NCBI GenBank assembly: GCA_964016885.1
Contig: OZ024740.1
Span: forward strand, 270,940,001 to 271,004,000
Reading direction: 5' to 3'
Length of the DNA stretch: 64,000 bases
From: Eledone cirrhosa
Taxonomy: Eukaryota
This document shows, one piece after another, positions 12,553 through 25,420 of the stretch (position 1 is the first letter of the stretch; each line of letters begins with the position of its first letter). Under the pieces are notes generated by a model. The model worked only from the letters and a program-made list of their open reading frames with translations. It was not told where the DNA came from and ran no database searches. The translations under genes and the position numbers were made by a program.

Positions 12553-13205
12553 AAAATGGGGAGAAAAATACTGCTGGTAGCACATGGATAACATGTAATA
12601 AAATAAGTCCCTCATCAGTGATTTGCCGACGATCATAGATATTTCATTGCATTAAAAATCATATACCTCACGTCGGTGCAATAATAACTAAATTAAGTTA
12701 TTAGGACAATTAAAACGCGTAAAGCGAGTGAGACAGGAAAACAACAAAGAGTAGAGCTAACCGTAGAGGAAGGAAACAAGCTTCATAGTTATTCTGTTAG
12801 CATAAGCTAGGTGAAAATATGAGCGCTTATATAAAAGACCTTTCGCGAACGAATGCAATGTAAGAAAGAGAGAAATTGCTTTCGTTGCGAACGGGGTGAA
12901 GTGAGGAGAGGAGAAACAGTGAGTGAGTGAGTGGAAGTGTGAGGAAGAGTTAACTGACATGACAGAGGGGGCGAAAGAAAGTAGGAGAAACAGAGAGAAT
13001 GAGGGAGCAGTAAGAGAGAGAGAGAGAGAAAAAACAGAATCGCAGTTTAGGTAAATATATGTGATAAAATGGGGAGAAAAATACTGCTGGTAGCACATGG
13101 ATAACATGTAATAAAATAAGTCCCTCATCAGTGATTTGCCGACGATCATAGATATTTCATTGCATTAAAAATCATATACCTCACGTCGGTGCAATAATAA
13201 CTAAA
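12549..13205 (-). mobile_element. TA-flanked non-coding element with ~156-bp terminal direct repeats containing CTGATGA
   Basis: 12549-12692 is repeated at 13062-13205; diverged relative at 22990-23340. Confidence 0.65.
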
Positions 13206-13334
13206 TATATATATATATATATTGGTAAAAGGAAAAGAAAATGCTGACAAATTGTTCCCAGTGAAAAATAGTTTAATTAAGAATAAGTAAAAATTAGTAA
13301 TAAGTATTGGTTAGTATTCAGTTTTGGTTTTAAG

Positions 13335-13372
13335 TTTTACCGGTTGCGCATTTCTAATGCTTTTCAAAAATA
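13335..13372 (-). ncRNA. Variant hammerhead-like motif (mirror copy)
   Basis: Reverse complement of 13628-13667. Confidence 0.5.
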
Positions 13373-13627
13373 ATTTTGAGATAGAGCGCCCGTGATGTTT
13401 GCTCTAATCAGATTAGAGCAAACATCACGGGTGCAAACATCACGGGCGCCAGTGATGTTTGCTCTAACCAGATTAGAGCAAACATCACGGGTGCAAACAT
13501 CACGGGCGCCCGTGATGTTTGCTCTAACCAGATTAGAGCAAACATCACGGGTGCAAACATCACGGGCGCCCGTGATGTTTGCTCTAACCAGATTAGAACA
13601 AACATCACGGGCGCTCTATCTCAAAAT

Positions 13628-13667
13628 TATTTTTGAAAAGCATTAGAAATGCGCAACCGGTAAAACT
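13628..13667 (+). ncRNA. Variant hammerhead-like motif (U3-A8, A13C)
   Basis: ttt TTGAAAA gcattagaaatgc GCAAC cg GTA aaa. Confidence 0.5.
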
Positions 13668-13810
13668 TAAAACCAAAACTGAATACTAACCAATACTTAT
13701 TACTAATCTTTACTTATTGCTAATTAAACTATTTTTCACTGGGAACAATTTGTCAGCATTTTCTTTTCCTTTTACCAATATATCATAACTCGTGTGTTAC
13801 ACTCTTGTAT

Positions 13811-13871
<61 letters not shown>

Positions 13872-14857
13872 TGTGTGTATGTGTGTGCGTGTGTATTCGT
13901 CCATTGACACAACCAAGGCTGAGTAGTTATAATTATTTCTACTTTTGGCACAATGCCGGCAATTATCTCAGTACATTACTGGTACTTTATTTTATCGACC
14001 TCGTAAGGATGTAAGGCTGAGTAGTTATAATGATCGCTTCTCAGATGCAGTAATACTGTATGATATCTTACCCAAGTGTTTCCCTATAGTCTCTGTCTAA
14101 CCCATCCATATGCATCACATTAATTAGAAGGGGACTCTATGGAAATTGTGTACACTGTAGCTACAATTGTAAAGTTCGCCCTAGTTACACTATAAAACAT
14201 GATATTGTCCTAACTGATTCCACATGAAAAATATGTATGCGTGGAAATTTGAACCACCTTCTGCGCTAATTCAATGAGCAAATTGTTCTAATCACATATA
14301 TATGGTAGGAAATATATGTCCTTCCGTTAAGTATTCATGATGCTGTTTAGATAATATAAATATCTTCCGATGAAAACTTAAATTAGAAAAACATATTTAT
14401 TAATTTTCAATTTACAAGAAAATACGTATATTTGGCATGTTTAAATATTTATGAACTGAGTGATTAAATTCATATATATATATATATTTATGCTATCTCG
14501 ATTACTTCTATATTGTATATATACAGATATAAATGTTTCATATACTTCAGCTGTTTAACTCACAACTTAACATATCTATGTCTATATCTGTATATATAAA
14601 TGTGTGTGTGTGTGTGTGTGTGTGCGCGTGTGTGTGTGTGCGTGTGTGCGTGCAGAGTCCCTAGAACGTCGGATAGAGCATTAAAATATTTGTCCCAGTT
14701 CTCTCTGTGTTCTGAGTCAAATATGATCCAGAACCACTTTGACTTTCATTGTTCCAGAATCAATAGAATACCAGTCAATTCCTGGAGTCACTTATTCTCT
14801 CTTTTCTTCTTTTGATTTATACAAAACAATACAATATTAAATTCATAAAATGCAAAA

Positions 14858-15195
14858 ATAATGTTTTCTGATTTAGACAGAAGGCCAACAATTTTGGAGG
14901 GAGAGAAAGTCGATTAAATTGACCCGTTTGTTAACCTCGGCTGGATTTGAACTCAGATCATAAAGAGTCGTAACTCTATGCTGCAAAACATGGCGTCCGA
15001 CCCTCAACCGATACTGCCAATCCACCGACCTTAAAAATGATTTATAGTATAGGCCAGTAATTTGGGGGGGGAGTCGATTAAATCGACCCCAGTAGGTTAC
15101 TGGTACTTTATTTTATGGACCCCGTAAGGATGACAGGCAAAGCTCAGCTCGGCGGGATTTGAACTCAAAACGTAAGGGGCCGCAACTCTATGCTG
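14858..15195 (-). mobile_element. Two adjacent SINE A copies (partial)
   Basis: Both contain ggatttgaactca and the family tail. Confidence 0.75.
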
Positions 15196-15389
15196 GATCC
15201 GTAACTCCTGAAGGAATCAGGGGGGCGCCGTATTGACATACAGCGTTTCTAGGTCTGAATACAGCAAATTTCTTCCAGAGAAAGATAGAAAGAGTGAGAG
15301 AATGGAAGTTAGAGAGAGATATAGAGAAAGAATTGACCCCCATTGCTGGACTGGTACTGTTATTTTTAACACCCTCGGTAGATTGGTAG

Positions 15390-15580
15390 AGGGCGGTAGA
15401 TTGGCAGTATCGGTGGAGGGTAGGACGCCATGCTTTCCAGCATAGTTACGTCCCTTTACGATCTGAGTTCAAATCCCGCCGAGGTTGACTTTGCCTTTCA
15501 TCCTTACGGGGTCGATAAAATAAAGTACCAGTAATGCACTGGGCAATTGCTGGCCTTGTGCCTAAAGTAGAAACAGTTAT
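15390..15580 (+). mobile_element. SINE family A copy
   Basis: A/B boxes, core and tail. Confidence 0.9.
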
Positions 15581-16307
15581 TTTTAACATCCTCGTAAAAT
15601 TGACCTCAACGGATTTTGAATTGAAAGAACATAGACCAGGATGAATACCACAACGCAACCTATCCGACGTTCTAATGACAAAGCCAATTGGCCGCCCGCC
15701 TTTAATCAAATTAGCTGCGAAAATTTCGTAACATACACAAATTGGTCTATTTAGTTTACTTAATAAATAAATACCGTGTTTATTAACAGCGTCTTTGTGT
15801 GTAATTTAGGAGGTTGGCAAAACATAATGTTCGCTAACATTTATTGATATACAGTTTTTTCTTTCTTTCTTTCAGACCACGCCATATCGCCTTTCTACAC
15901 ATGCACCCTGTCTGTCTCTGTCTATCTATCTCTCTCTGTCTATCTATCTCTCTCTCTCTCCCTCTCTCTGTCTCTCTTTTTCACACACACACACACATAC
16001 ACACACACACATAGACACACACACACACTCACAAACACACACACACACACAAACACATACACATACCCTCTATCTCTCTTTATTTCACACACACAAACAT
16101 ACACATACATTCTATCTCTCTTTCTACCCATCTCTTACACACACACACACACATATACACATACATTCTAATTTCATTCTCTCTCATCTCTCGCTCTCTC
16201 TCTTTCTTTCTCTCTCTCTCTCTCTTTGTCTCTTTCTTTATCTCTCTCTCTCTCTCTTTGTCTCTTTCTTTCTCTCTCTCGCACTCTCTCTCTTACAAAT
16301 ACACATA

Positions 16308-16379
<72 letters not shown>

Positions 16380-17589
16380 CTCTCCTCCCTTCTCTCCTTC
16401 ATTCTTTCTCTATCTCGTAAATGTAAATTGCGTGTCAGGAAATTACTGCAGCTACTTCAGCTTGAAGATACTTTTATAAAATTTCAAATGATTGCTCTAC
16501 CAACAACCAGAAGACAATAGACAAATAAAATGCTCTCTTTAATGTCAGTGATATCCGTAATACGTGTAAATTGCAGAAGTTTTGAATAATTTCTTTCACA
16601 CGGTTAAAAAAAGAGAAATAATCAAGGTAAAAAAATACATCGACAAACATGTGTATTTGTTTTTTCTGAGATGACAAATCTTTCAAATTGAAATTCATAA
16701 AGATTTAGTAATTGGAAAATGGACATATTATTTAGAATTTGTTCCGGTCACAGCAGAGATCGATCGATCAGCTTTTGAAGAATACGTCAAGTAGCGCCAA
16801 AATGAATAGCCATACTTCAAACACTGTTGAAATGTAAAAATAAATTGCCATGTAAAATATATATAAATCACGCAACAATTAATCTCCAGTGGACACCTTA
16901 TCGATTACACCAGTTATTACAACTATTTAATGAGCATGCAGCAGAGATTCAAGTGAGATATCCCCACACTTACTCAAATAATCAGAAACATCGATAAATT
17001 CCTATAGAGTACTCATGAAATTGAATATATATAAAAGCATCCTTTCAAATAAGTCACATACCAGCAAAGCCATCAACTATATCTGGTATGAAAACCTACT
17101 AGCTGAAGTCACTGCATGTAGACTTCCGCTTTCGAAGACTAGATTCTCTTTACCTATATTCTATCAACATTGTATCTAATGTTTGGTAATGTCTACGGTG
17201 TTCTTCTTTCAGTATACTAATTAGACACGTGTGTTGTTTATGATATCCCTCATTATTTTGTCAAAACTTCCACACACAGCCGTCATCTACAATCTTGAAA
17301 CTTTAATTCAGATATACACTAATTAATTCCGGTACCCAAATCCTTCGATGAATTCTACAATGTGAACATGACAATTTTGTGCCATTCACGAAAACAAAAC
17401 AGTCGCCAATACAAAATTATTTAAAACAACACATTTTCGCAGTCATACCATCCCTAAGAATGAAGAACACAAAGTTAGAAACCATAATGCCTAGAAATGT
17501 CAGAAATTGAACTCTCATAAAATCTCTTGTGATGAGCTCCTATATATAATCTTGGAAAACCTATGTCTCACAGAAAAGGCTATGAATTA

Positions 17590-18085
17590 GTCACTCTGGC
17601 CACAAGCCCCGGTAACGTGGCGCGCCTTGTAGACGGAAGATAACAAATACCGGGGATTGTCCGGCCGTTTCCTCTTCGCACCAGTCGCTGTCGAGACCTC
17701 AAGCGTACTTGGACTCCGTACAGTCGAGCTCCTCTGCAAGATCGGAACGTCTGCGGCCCGTCTGAGGAAGGACCCCGCGTGGTGGGGTGGCTGTTGCAGC
17801 GGGTGTTTGGCCATTGTCACCGGGAATGCTTCTGCGGTCTTGTCCGCCGGGCGCAGCCCCCTTACCGGCGCGCCCTAATCCCAGAGCCCAATCACCATCA
17901 CCCTCCCCCTTCACATTCTTCTGTGATACTAGAGTCCTTACCATTCCCTCCCTTTTCCGTTTTCTTCCTTTTTTCTTTATATTTTTTCCAATTTTACATT
18001 CCATTCTTTCTTCTTAATCTAAATTTTCTTTTTTTTTTTCTTTTTCTATTAAACTGTATTTACATGATATATTCTTTAAATAAAA
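17590..18085 (+). mobile_element. CRE-like non-LTR element 3' end (restriction-like endonuclease C-terminus plus 3' UTR)
   Basis: KYRGLSGRFLFAPVAVETSSVLG...KIG...DP...WLLQR...LAIVTGNASAVL; GC-rich; T-rich UTR with aataaa. Confidence 0.7.
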
Positions 18086-18589
18086 TAATTTTCTTTTCAA
18101 AAATACTTGAGCGTTAATTAGTTGCTGATTACCGCCAGTATAACACATTAGAATACAACTCACATATTGAAAATATTGTTGCTGCTGCACACAAAATCAA
18201 CAATACCAAACCAAAATAGCAATCCAACTTGCTAATTCTACTATCCAATAGATACACTATCTACCCTCAACGTCTCTTCCATTTCTTTACCATCGACTGC
18301 ACTTACAAATGTTGTACCAACTCCACCAATGTCTGACCGTTGAACTCTTCTTTCCTTCTCTTCCTATCCTTACATTGTCTCATGTCTAAATCCAGCAGCA
18401 GTCACGTTACTGAACTCTTCTTGCAAAACATTGCCGTTCTCGTGAATTCTTTCAGTGAACATCAACCACAGTGAACATCGATCTCACATTCATCTAATAA
18501 AGGTATCTACTGTGCTACCGACGAAGAATAATCTTGGACTCTATAGTCATGGGGCTGAAAGTATTGATATTTATTATAGTATTGTTATT

Positions 18590-18875
18590 GTGCCGTAAAT
18601 CCTGATAGAGTCGTAGGGCGTCGTATTGACATACGGCGTTTCGTGGGCATTTTATGTCTGGCGGAGCATCTCTCTCTAGGCCTGAGTACAGCAGATTTCT
18701 TCCTGAGAGAGGAAGAATCATCACCAGTACTAGACTGGTACTTTTTTTATCGAGCCCGAAAGGATGAAAGGCAAAGTTGACCTCGCCGGGATTTGAACTC
18801 ACAGAGCAGAGAGCCAGGATGAATACCATAAAGCATTCTATCCGACGTTCTAAAGACTCTGCCAATTCGTCGCCT
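18590..18875 (-). mobile_element. SINE family C (A-like head and core, different tail)
   Basis: Tail cgccgtatgtcaatacgacgccc shared with 45915-46235 and 63730-63975. Confidence 0.75.
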
Positions 18876-19197
18876 ATCTCTTATAGTAAATATTATCAAC
18901 CTACATCACGTCAATGAAAACATGATAGAATATCATAAGAGTTGAATTACTTCTCTATATCAATTTCTATCGAATATTAAGAGAACATTTGTCCCTTCCC
19001 GAATATTCTGTCTCAGCTAATTGTAATGATAAGCTAATTGTAATGATATGCTCGATTAACACCTACAAACATTAATTGCTGACAATTACGTCTATTGAAT
19101 TCTTTGATTAATAACATTTAGCTATATTAAGTTGGCCTAGTTTATAATAATACATACACCCTCCTTTTTATAATACAGAATATCATGCATTAATTAC

Positions 19198-19381
19198 GGT
19201 GGATTGGCAGTATCGGTAGAGGGTCGGACGCCATGCTTTCCAGCATAGTTACGTCCGTTTACGATCTGAGTTCAAATCCCGCCGAGGTTGACTTTGCCTT
19301 TCATCCTTACGGGGTCGATAAAATAAAGTACCAGTAATGCACTGGGTAATTGCTGGCCTTGTGCCTAAAGTAGAAACAATT
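19198..19381 (+). mobile_element. SINE family A copy
   Basis: Near-identical to 15390 and 47342 copies. Confidence 0.9.
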
Positions 19382-19466
19382 AATTAATATATAGGTAATT
19401 TTATAAGTGTGTGTACACTTTTACAGAAAAACAGTAACGAGGAAAGATATAGAGAAAGATGGTCGC

Positions 19467-19612
19467 TACGCAACGTATTTCACAGCGTCGAAGACGCTAC
19501 TTTTTTCCTAGAATAAGTCTCAAAAATCTACCATGGAGACCGAAGGGTGTCTATAATTTTTTTTTTTCAAATTTTTGGTCGTCAAAATTAGGGTGCGCCG
19601 GGAAATACAGTA
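19467..19612. mobile_element. Decayed pogo/Tc1-type MITE
   Basis: Ends cgtatttcacagcgtcgaagacg / tagggtgcgccgggaaatacagta resemble TACCGTATTT-type TIRs. Confidence 0.45.
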
Positions 19613-19673
19613 CTTATATACTATATGGTGGATACATCTTTGTTTATAAATGGAACTATATATAAAAATATAT

Positions 19674-19759
<86 letters not shown>

Positions 19760-19798
19760 TTCAAAATATTAACAAAATAGATATTCTTGTGATCAAGT

Positions 19799-19862
19799 AT
19801 TATTATACATATTTCAGAGGTACTGAGTTAACTTCAATAGTACGTCCTCATCAGATAAAATA
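19799..19862 (-). ncRNA. Type I hammerhead ribozyme
   Basis: rc tattttat CTGATGA ggacgtact...agtacctct GAAA tatgt ATA ataa. Confidence 0.7.
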
Positions 19863-21761
19863 AGATGATGCATGACATACCCTGACATAGTAGATGTTTA
19901 AGATTCAGTCGTGGTAGTGAGTAATATATGACAAAACTCAATATTTATATACCTTAATATTGAGAAACATGAGAAAAATATATAATACATACAATATAAC
20001 TGTTAAATAATTTAAATTACTGAAGAAAGAGGAAAGAAAAGAAAAGCATAGACGAAGAGACAGATGAGGGGATAATATAGTTAGCAGAGGCCTAGAAATG
20101 CAAAAGAGAGTTGATTACAGAGAGAGAGAGATAAATAGGAATAACTTATGTTCAAGTCTTTAGACAATTATCCATATATACAATATATATCTAAACATAT
20201 CTGATTGACCGTTAATATTCAAAATATTTAATTCAAGTTAGTTCAGAGTAATGAATAATATTATAGGTTTTAAAAGTTAATAGGTATCTGTATTAAAGTA
20301 TACTATCAAATTTAATTTCTAAAATCAAATTTTATGAAATCAAATTTAAAGGATTTACAAACACAAGAAAGAAAACATAATGTTTTTACAACCTCACGAA
20401 GGTAAACTTTACCAAATTTATCATATAATATTGACAACAGTTTATATAATATAATTTAGAATATAATTACCGTTATAATTTTTAAAGAATTTATGATTAA
20501 CAATTTGAGTGCCTAAAGGATCAACAGGCCTTATAATTAAACTTAAAGGTCTGAATTTTAAATTATATATATGTGTTTATCAAATACACAAAGATTATAT
20601 TGTCTAAAGACTTAAGATGATACCTTTCAAATATACATAATATAATACAATATAGTAAATAAGTTACTGAAAATATTGTTAAAAATTAATGTTTTAGATC
20701 AATTATTGTAAAAGGATCATGTAATAGATATATACTATAAATATATAAGTCAAAACTTCATGAATCCTAAGGATAATGACTAGATACAAAATAAAAAGTG
20801 AAAAATAAAAAAACAAAAAAGTGAAAAAGAAATGAAAAAATAATGAATTGTTTGCGAAACATAAAAATGCCCAATATTTAAAAAAAATATAGTTTAAAAT
20901 GTAAGCGCATTTTATTATATGGTAGACAAAAGATACTTCTAAAATGTCCAACGAAGGTGATAGAAAGAGGAGCTAAAATTTTGAATGACCCGGAGGTAAT
21001 CTAAATTTAATTAAAATAAAATAAATTAAATTAAATTAAGTAATAATCATTATATAATTTCGAACATTAAGGAAATATCTAACACTTATAACAATAGAGA
21101 GTCATTTGAGTATCTAAATTACTTATAAATGTAACTACGAGCATGTACTTAAATACTAGATAAACATATTTGTTCAAATATATAGAGAGAGTATTATAGG
21201 TATTAGTGAAACGATATACATATAATAAATAAATAAATAATTACAATCATTATTAGTAATGTTATAATTGTAGTTTTACCTCCAGTTCAGTGGAAAGAGA
21301 GACCAATATTTATCGACTAGTATGGTTTGTGATATTTATACTCTGAACTAACTTAAATTAAATATTTTGAATATTAACGGTAAACCAGATATATTGTATA
21401 TATGGATAATTGTCTAAAGACTTGAACATAAGTTATTCCTATGTATCTCTCTCTCTCTCTGTAATCAACTCTCTTTTGCTTTTCTAGTCCCCTACTAACT
21501 ATATTATCCCCTCATCTGTCTCTTCCTCTTTGCTTTTCTTTTCTTTCCTCTTTCTTCAGTAATTTAAATTATTTAACAGTTATATTGATGCCAAGTATGT
21601 TTTAAGCTGTCTCACACGCACCCTCTCTATTGTATGTATTATATATTTTTCTCGTGTTTCTCAATATTAAGGTATATAAATATTGAGTTTTGTCATATAT
21701 TACTCACTACCATGACTGAATCTTAACCATCTACTATGTCAGGGTATGTCATGCATCATCT

Positions 21762-21828
21762 TATTTTATCTGATGATGATGTACTGTTGAAGTTAACTCA
21801 GTACCTCTGAAATATGTATAATAAAATA
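21762..21828 (+). ncRNA. Type I hammerhead ribozyme
   Basis: Stem I tattttat/ataaaata, CTGATGA, stem II gtactg/cagtac, GAAA, minimal stem III, AUA site. Confidence 0.75.
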
Positions 21829-21964
21829 TACTTGATCACAAGAATATCTATTTTGTTAATATTTTGAATTAATATTAATAACTCTGGAAAACCATTACTG
21901 TTGAGTGCTTCCAATCTATTGTAAAACTCATTCTTTGACTTTTTCATTGAACCTGTTTAACTTT

Positions 21965-22815
<851 letters not shown>

Positions 22816-22951
22816 ATATATATATTTATTTATTAAAATAACAGATTAAAGTTTAAGCAAAGAATCGCTGCTTTCACGGTTCTTATATATTTGATATATA
22901 TTTATCCTTATCGAGCCATCTTTGGATTTTAGCCTTCAAATTTATTATTAT

Positions 22952-22989
<38 letters not shown>

Positions 22990-23350
22990 AAATGGCGTGC
23001 TGCGTGGTTGCAAATGGGTTACATATGAATAAAATTAGTCCTTCATCAGTGATCTTCCAGCCTTCGTTGGTGTTTCACCGCTTTAAAGATCATATACCTC
23101 TGGTTGGTGCGAGCGTCGGCTAAAGAAAGTCGTTGGGACACGTAAATAGGTGGAACGAGCGATACAAGTAAACAAACAAAGATGGTAATGCAACGAAAAG
23201 TGAGGAAGAAGGAGTCAAGTCCCAGAAATCGATGAACATAAGTTCTGTGAAATCGTAGACGAGAGATAAAGACCATCCAACCTGGTTGAAATGTGAGCGA
23301 GGAAAGGATTTCGCACAAGTCAAACGGGAGGAAGTGATGGAGAGGGAGTA
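22990..23350 (-). mobile_element. Diverged relative of the 12549-13205 element
   Basis: Shared aataaaat.agtcc.tcatcagtgat...atcatatacctc...ggtgc. Confidence 0.55.
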
Positions 23351-23674
23351 GCAGATATATATATATATATATATATATATCATAAAACATATCTATAGAA
23401 TCGCCAGATAAAATATATACCGTTTCCTCTCCCAATTAGTATAATTAACCATATAAAAAATCAATTAGACCAAGCTATAAGAATAAAGGCTCCTATGAAG
23501 AAATCTCCGACAAATAACCGAAAGCAGCCCCTTCGCGGCGGTTATGACAGATTATTTATCGAATATTTCTACAGCATGTATAAATCGACCCGAAATACAG
23601 TCAACTAAACAGAATTAGGTGTAAAATAAACTAGAAGAAAGTGTACATATTTCAGACATATTTAAGACATATTT

Positions 23675-24184
23675 AAACGATAAACGGAAAAAATGAAACG
23701 AAATTTCATTTCTCACTCTTAGTACGGCTGTTACTTAAATATAAGTATGTATACGTACATACATATATGCATACTACTGTACGTCTGTACACATATATGT
23801 ATGTACGTATACATACTTATATTTAAGTAACATCCGTAATAAGAGTGAGAAATGAAATTTCGTTTCATTTTTTCCGTTTATCGTTTTCGGTACCCCGGCC
23901 GATTAACTCACTCGATATGTAAATTAGGCTGCTCAGCCGTTAATATGCATAAGGAAAGTATATACTTTCAGACGTTCAACCATCTGGCAGGAAGGTATAC
24001 GTTGCTGACGATAGCTAATAAGCTTGAAACTAGTACAGCGTTCCTTTGTCAGTGTTGAACAAATGAGCAACGATGGTTGCTAGACACTGTACGGCTTAAT
24101 TCGGGATGTTTGTTTACAAACACACCGAGCATTATAATAAATGTTCGGTGAATCCATACGTACATATATATATATGTGTGCATG

Positions 24185-24279
<95 letters not shown>

Positions 24280-24390
24280 GCATACTACTGTACCTCTGTA
24301 CGTATATATGTATGTACGTATACATACTTATATTTATGTAACAGCCGTACTAAGAGTGAGAAATGAAATTTCGTTTCATTTTTTCCGTAT
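23675..24390 (+). mobile_element. Retrozyme-like / non-autonomous PLE: inverted plus direct terminal repeat around one HHR
   Basis: Inverted repeat 23675-23886; 23764-23878 is directly repeated at 24272-24390; HHR at 24000. Confidence 0.7.
24000..24040 (+). ncRNA. Minimal type I hammerhead ribozyme
   Basis: cgttg CTGACGA tagctaataagctt GAAAC ta GTA cagcg; palindromic stem III ACTAGT. Confidence 0.85.
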
Positions 24391-24730
24391 ATATATACTC
24401 TTCCTTGCAAAGCCTGTCATTGCTTCTACTTATAATAAAGCGATTAAGAAAATATACTTGCCGTTAAGTCTTTCTTGAATGCAATTCATTTTAATTACTT
24501 ATCTGTTTATCAATCAATACATCGATTTATGTTTATAAGAGGATAGATAGATAGAGGAATACATATGTACATTTTTGTATGACTGTGTGTGCACTTTCAA
24601 GCACATGAAAATCTTTCGCCTATGTGTTTTTTATTTTAAGAATTGTTTGAGATACTGTTAAGCAATTTATTATTGGGTCGTTTCTCTTCTATAAATATAT
24701 ATATATTTAGTAAATGATGTTGCTGTAATA

Positions 24731-24906
24731 TACGAGGGTGGGCTGAAAACTTCATTGGCTGACTATGAAGGATTGGTGCTAGAGATGTGAAATCTTGCAT
24801 GCATTAATTTCAACTATTCTTATTAATAACTGCATTGTGTCTTTCCAGAGACTACGTTGAAAATTAAACCTTATTTGAACATTCCATGAGACTATCTTGG
24901 TCAGCA
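24731..24906. mobile_element. Mariner-type MITE (partial)
   Basis: tacgagggtgggctgaaaacttcattggctgac TIR; same family as 4651. Confidence 0.6.
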
Positions 24907-25119
24907 GATATTTGTATATTCTATGTTATTGAAGAAAACGCTTAATTGTCGACCTCCCATACAGCCATCTTTAGAATGCTAATGAGAGAGTGGAAGAAGA
25001 AATTAGTGGACACAACCGATACGGTTGTCTCACAACAGGAGTGTTTAAGTCTCATAAAAAGGCGTAGATAAACGATAAATTGTTTTTGTTTAGATCTAAT
25101 TCAACTCTGATAGAAAATA

Positions 25120-25420
25120 CCTTCTTCTTCTTCTTCTTCTTCTTCTTCTTCTTCTTCTTCTTCTTCTTCTTTTTCTTTTTCTTTTTCTTCTTCTTCTTCT
25201 TCTTCTTCTTCTCCTCCTCCTCCCACTTATTCCTGTGAGGGTCATGGCGGCAGAGTCCGCAAACACTCCTGTCAGAAGCAACCGTCACCAATTGATCCGG
25301 CGTGACCGCCAAGCGAGACCAGCCGAACTCATGGTTCTTATCCAACCATCTTGTTTGGGGTCTACCACTGGGTCTCCTATCGATTGGTTTTGCCGCAAAA
25401 TCTGTTGAGTAATTCTTGTC
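25120..25420 (-). mobile_element. RTE-type LINE 3' end with (GAA)n tail
   Basis: rc WLDKNHEFGWSRLAVTPDQL; homologous to 35150-35480. Confidence 0.6.

Larger units (their letters stand above)
13219..13815. mobile_element. Fold-back PLE pseudo-LTR: ~200-bp inverted arms around a 60-bp palindromic tandem array
   Basis: Arms are near-perfect reverse complements; unit gcccgtgatgtttgctctaaccagattagagcaaacatcacgggtgcaaacatcacgggc occurs ~3.8 times; flanked by (TA)n. Confidence 0.85.
19754..21960. mobile_element. Non-coding PLE (Naiad-like) fragment with ~500-bp inverted pseudo-LTR arms
   Basis: 19754-20250 is the reverse complement of 21338-21875; each arm holds an HHR of the same design as the Naiad element at 52-57 kb; flanked by (TA)n. 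Confidence 0.75.

Noticed and set aside
13388-13615. CRISPR-like palindromic repeat array
   Set aside because: No unique spacers, no cas genes, eukaryotic context; derived from the flanking arms
16790-17590. Possible decayed CR1-like coding sequence
   Set aside because: Only compositional hints; no convincing motif
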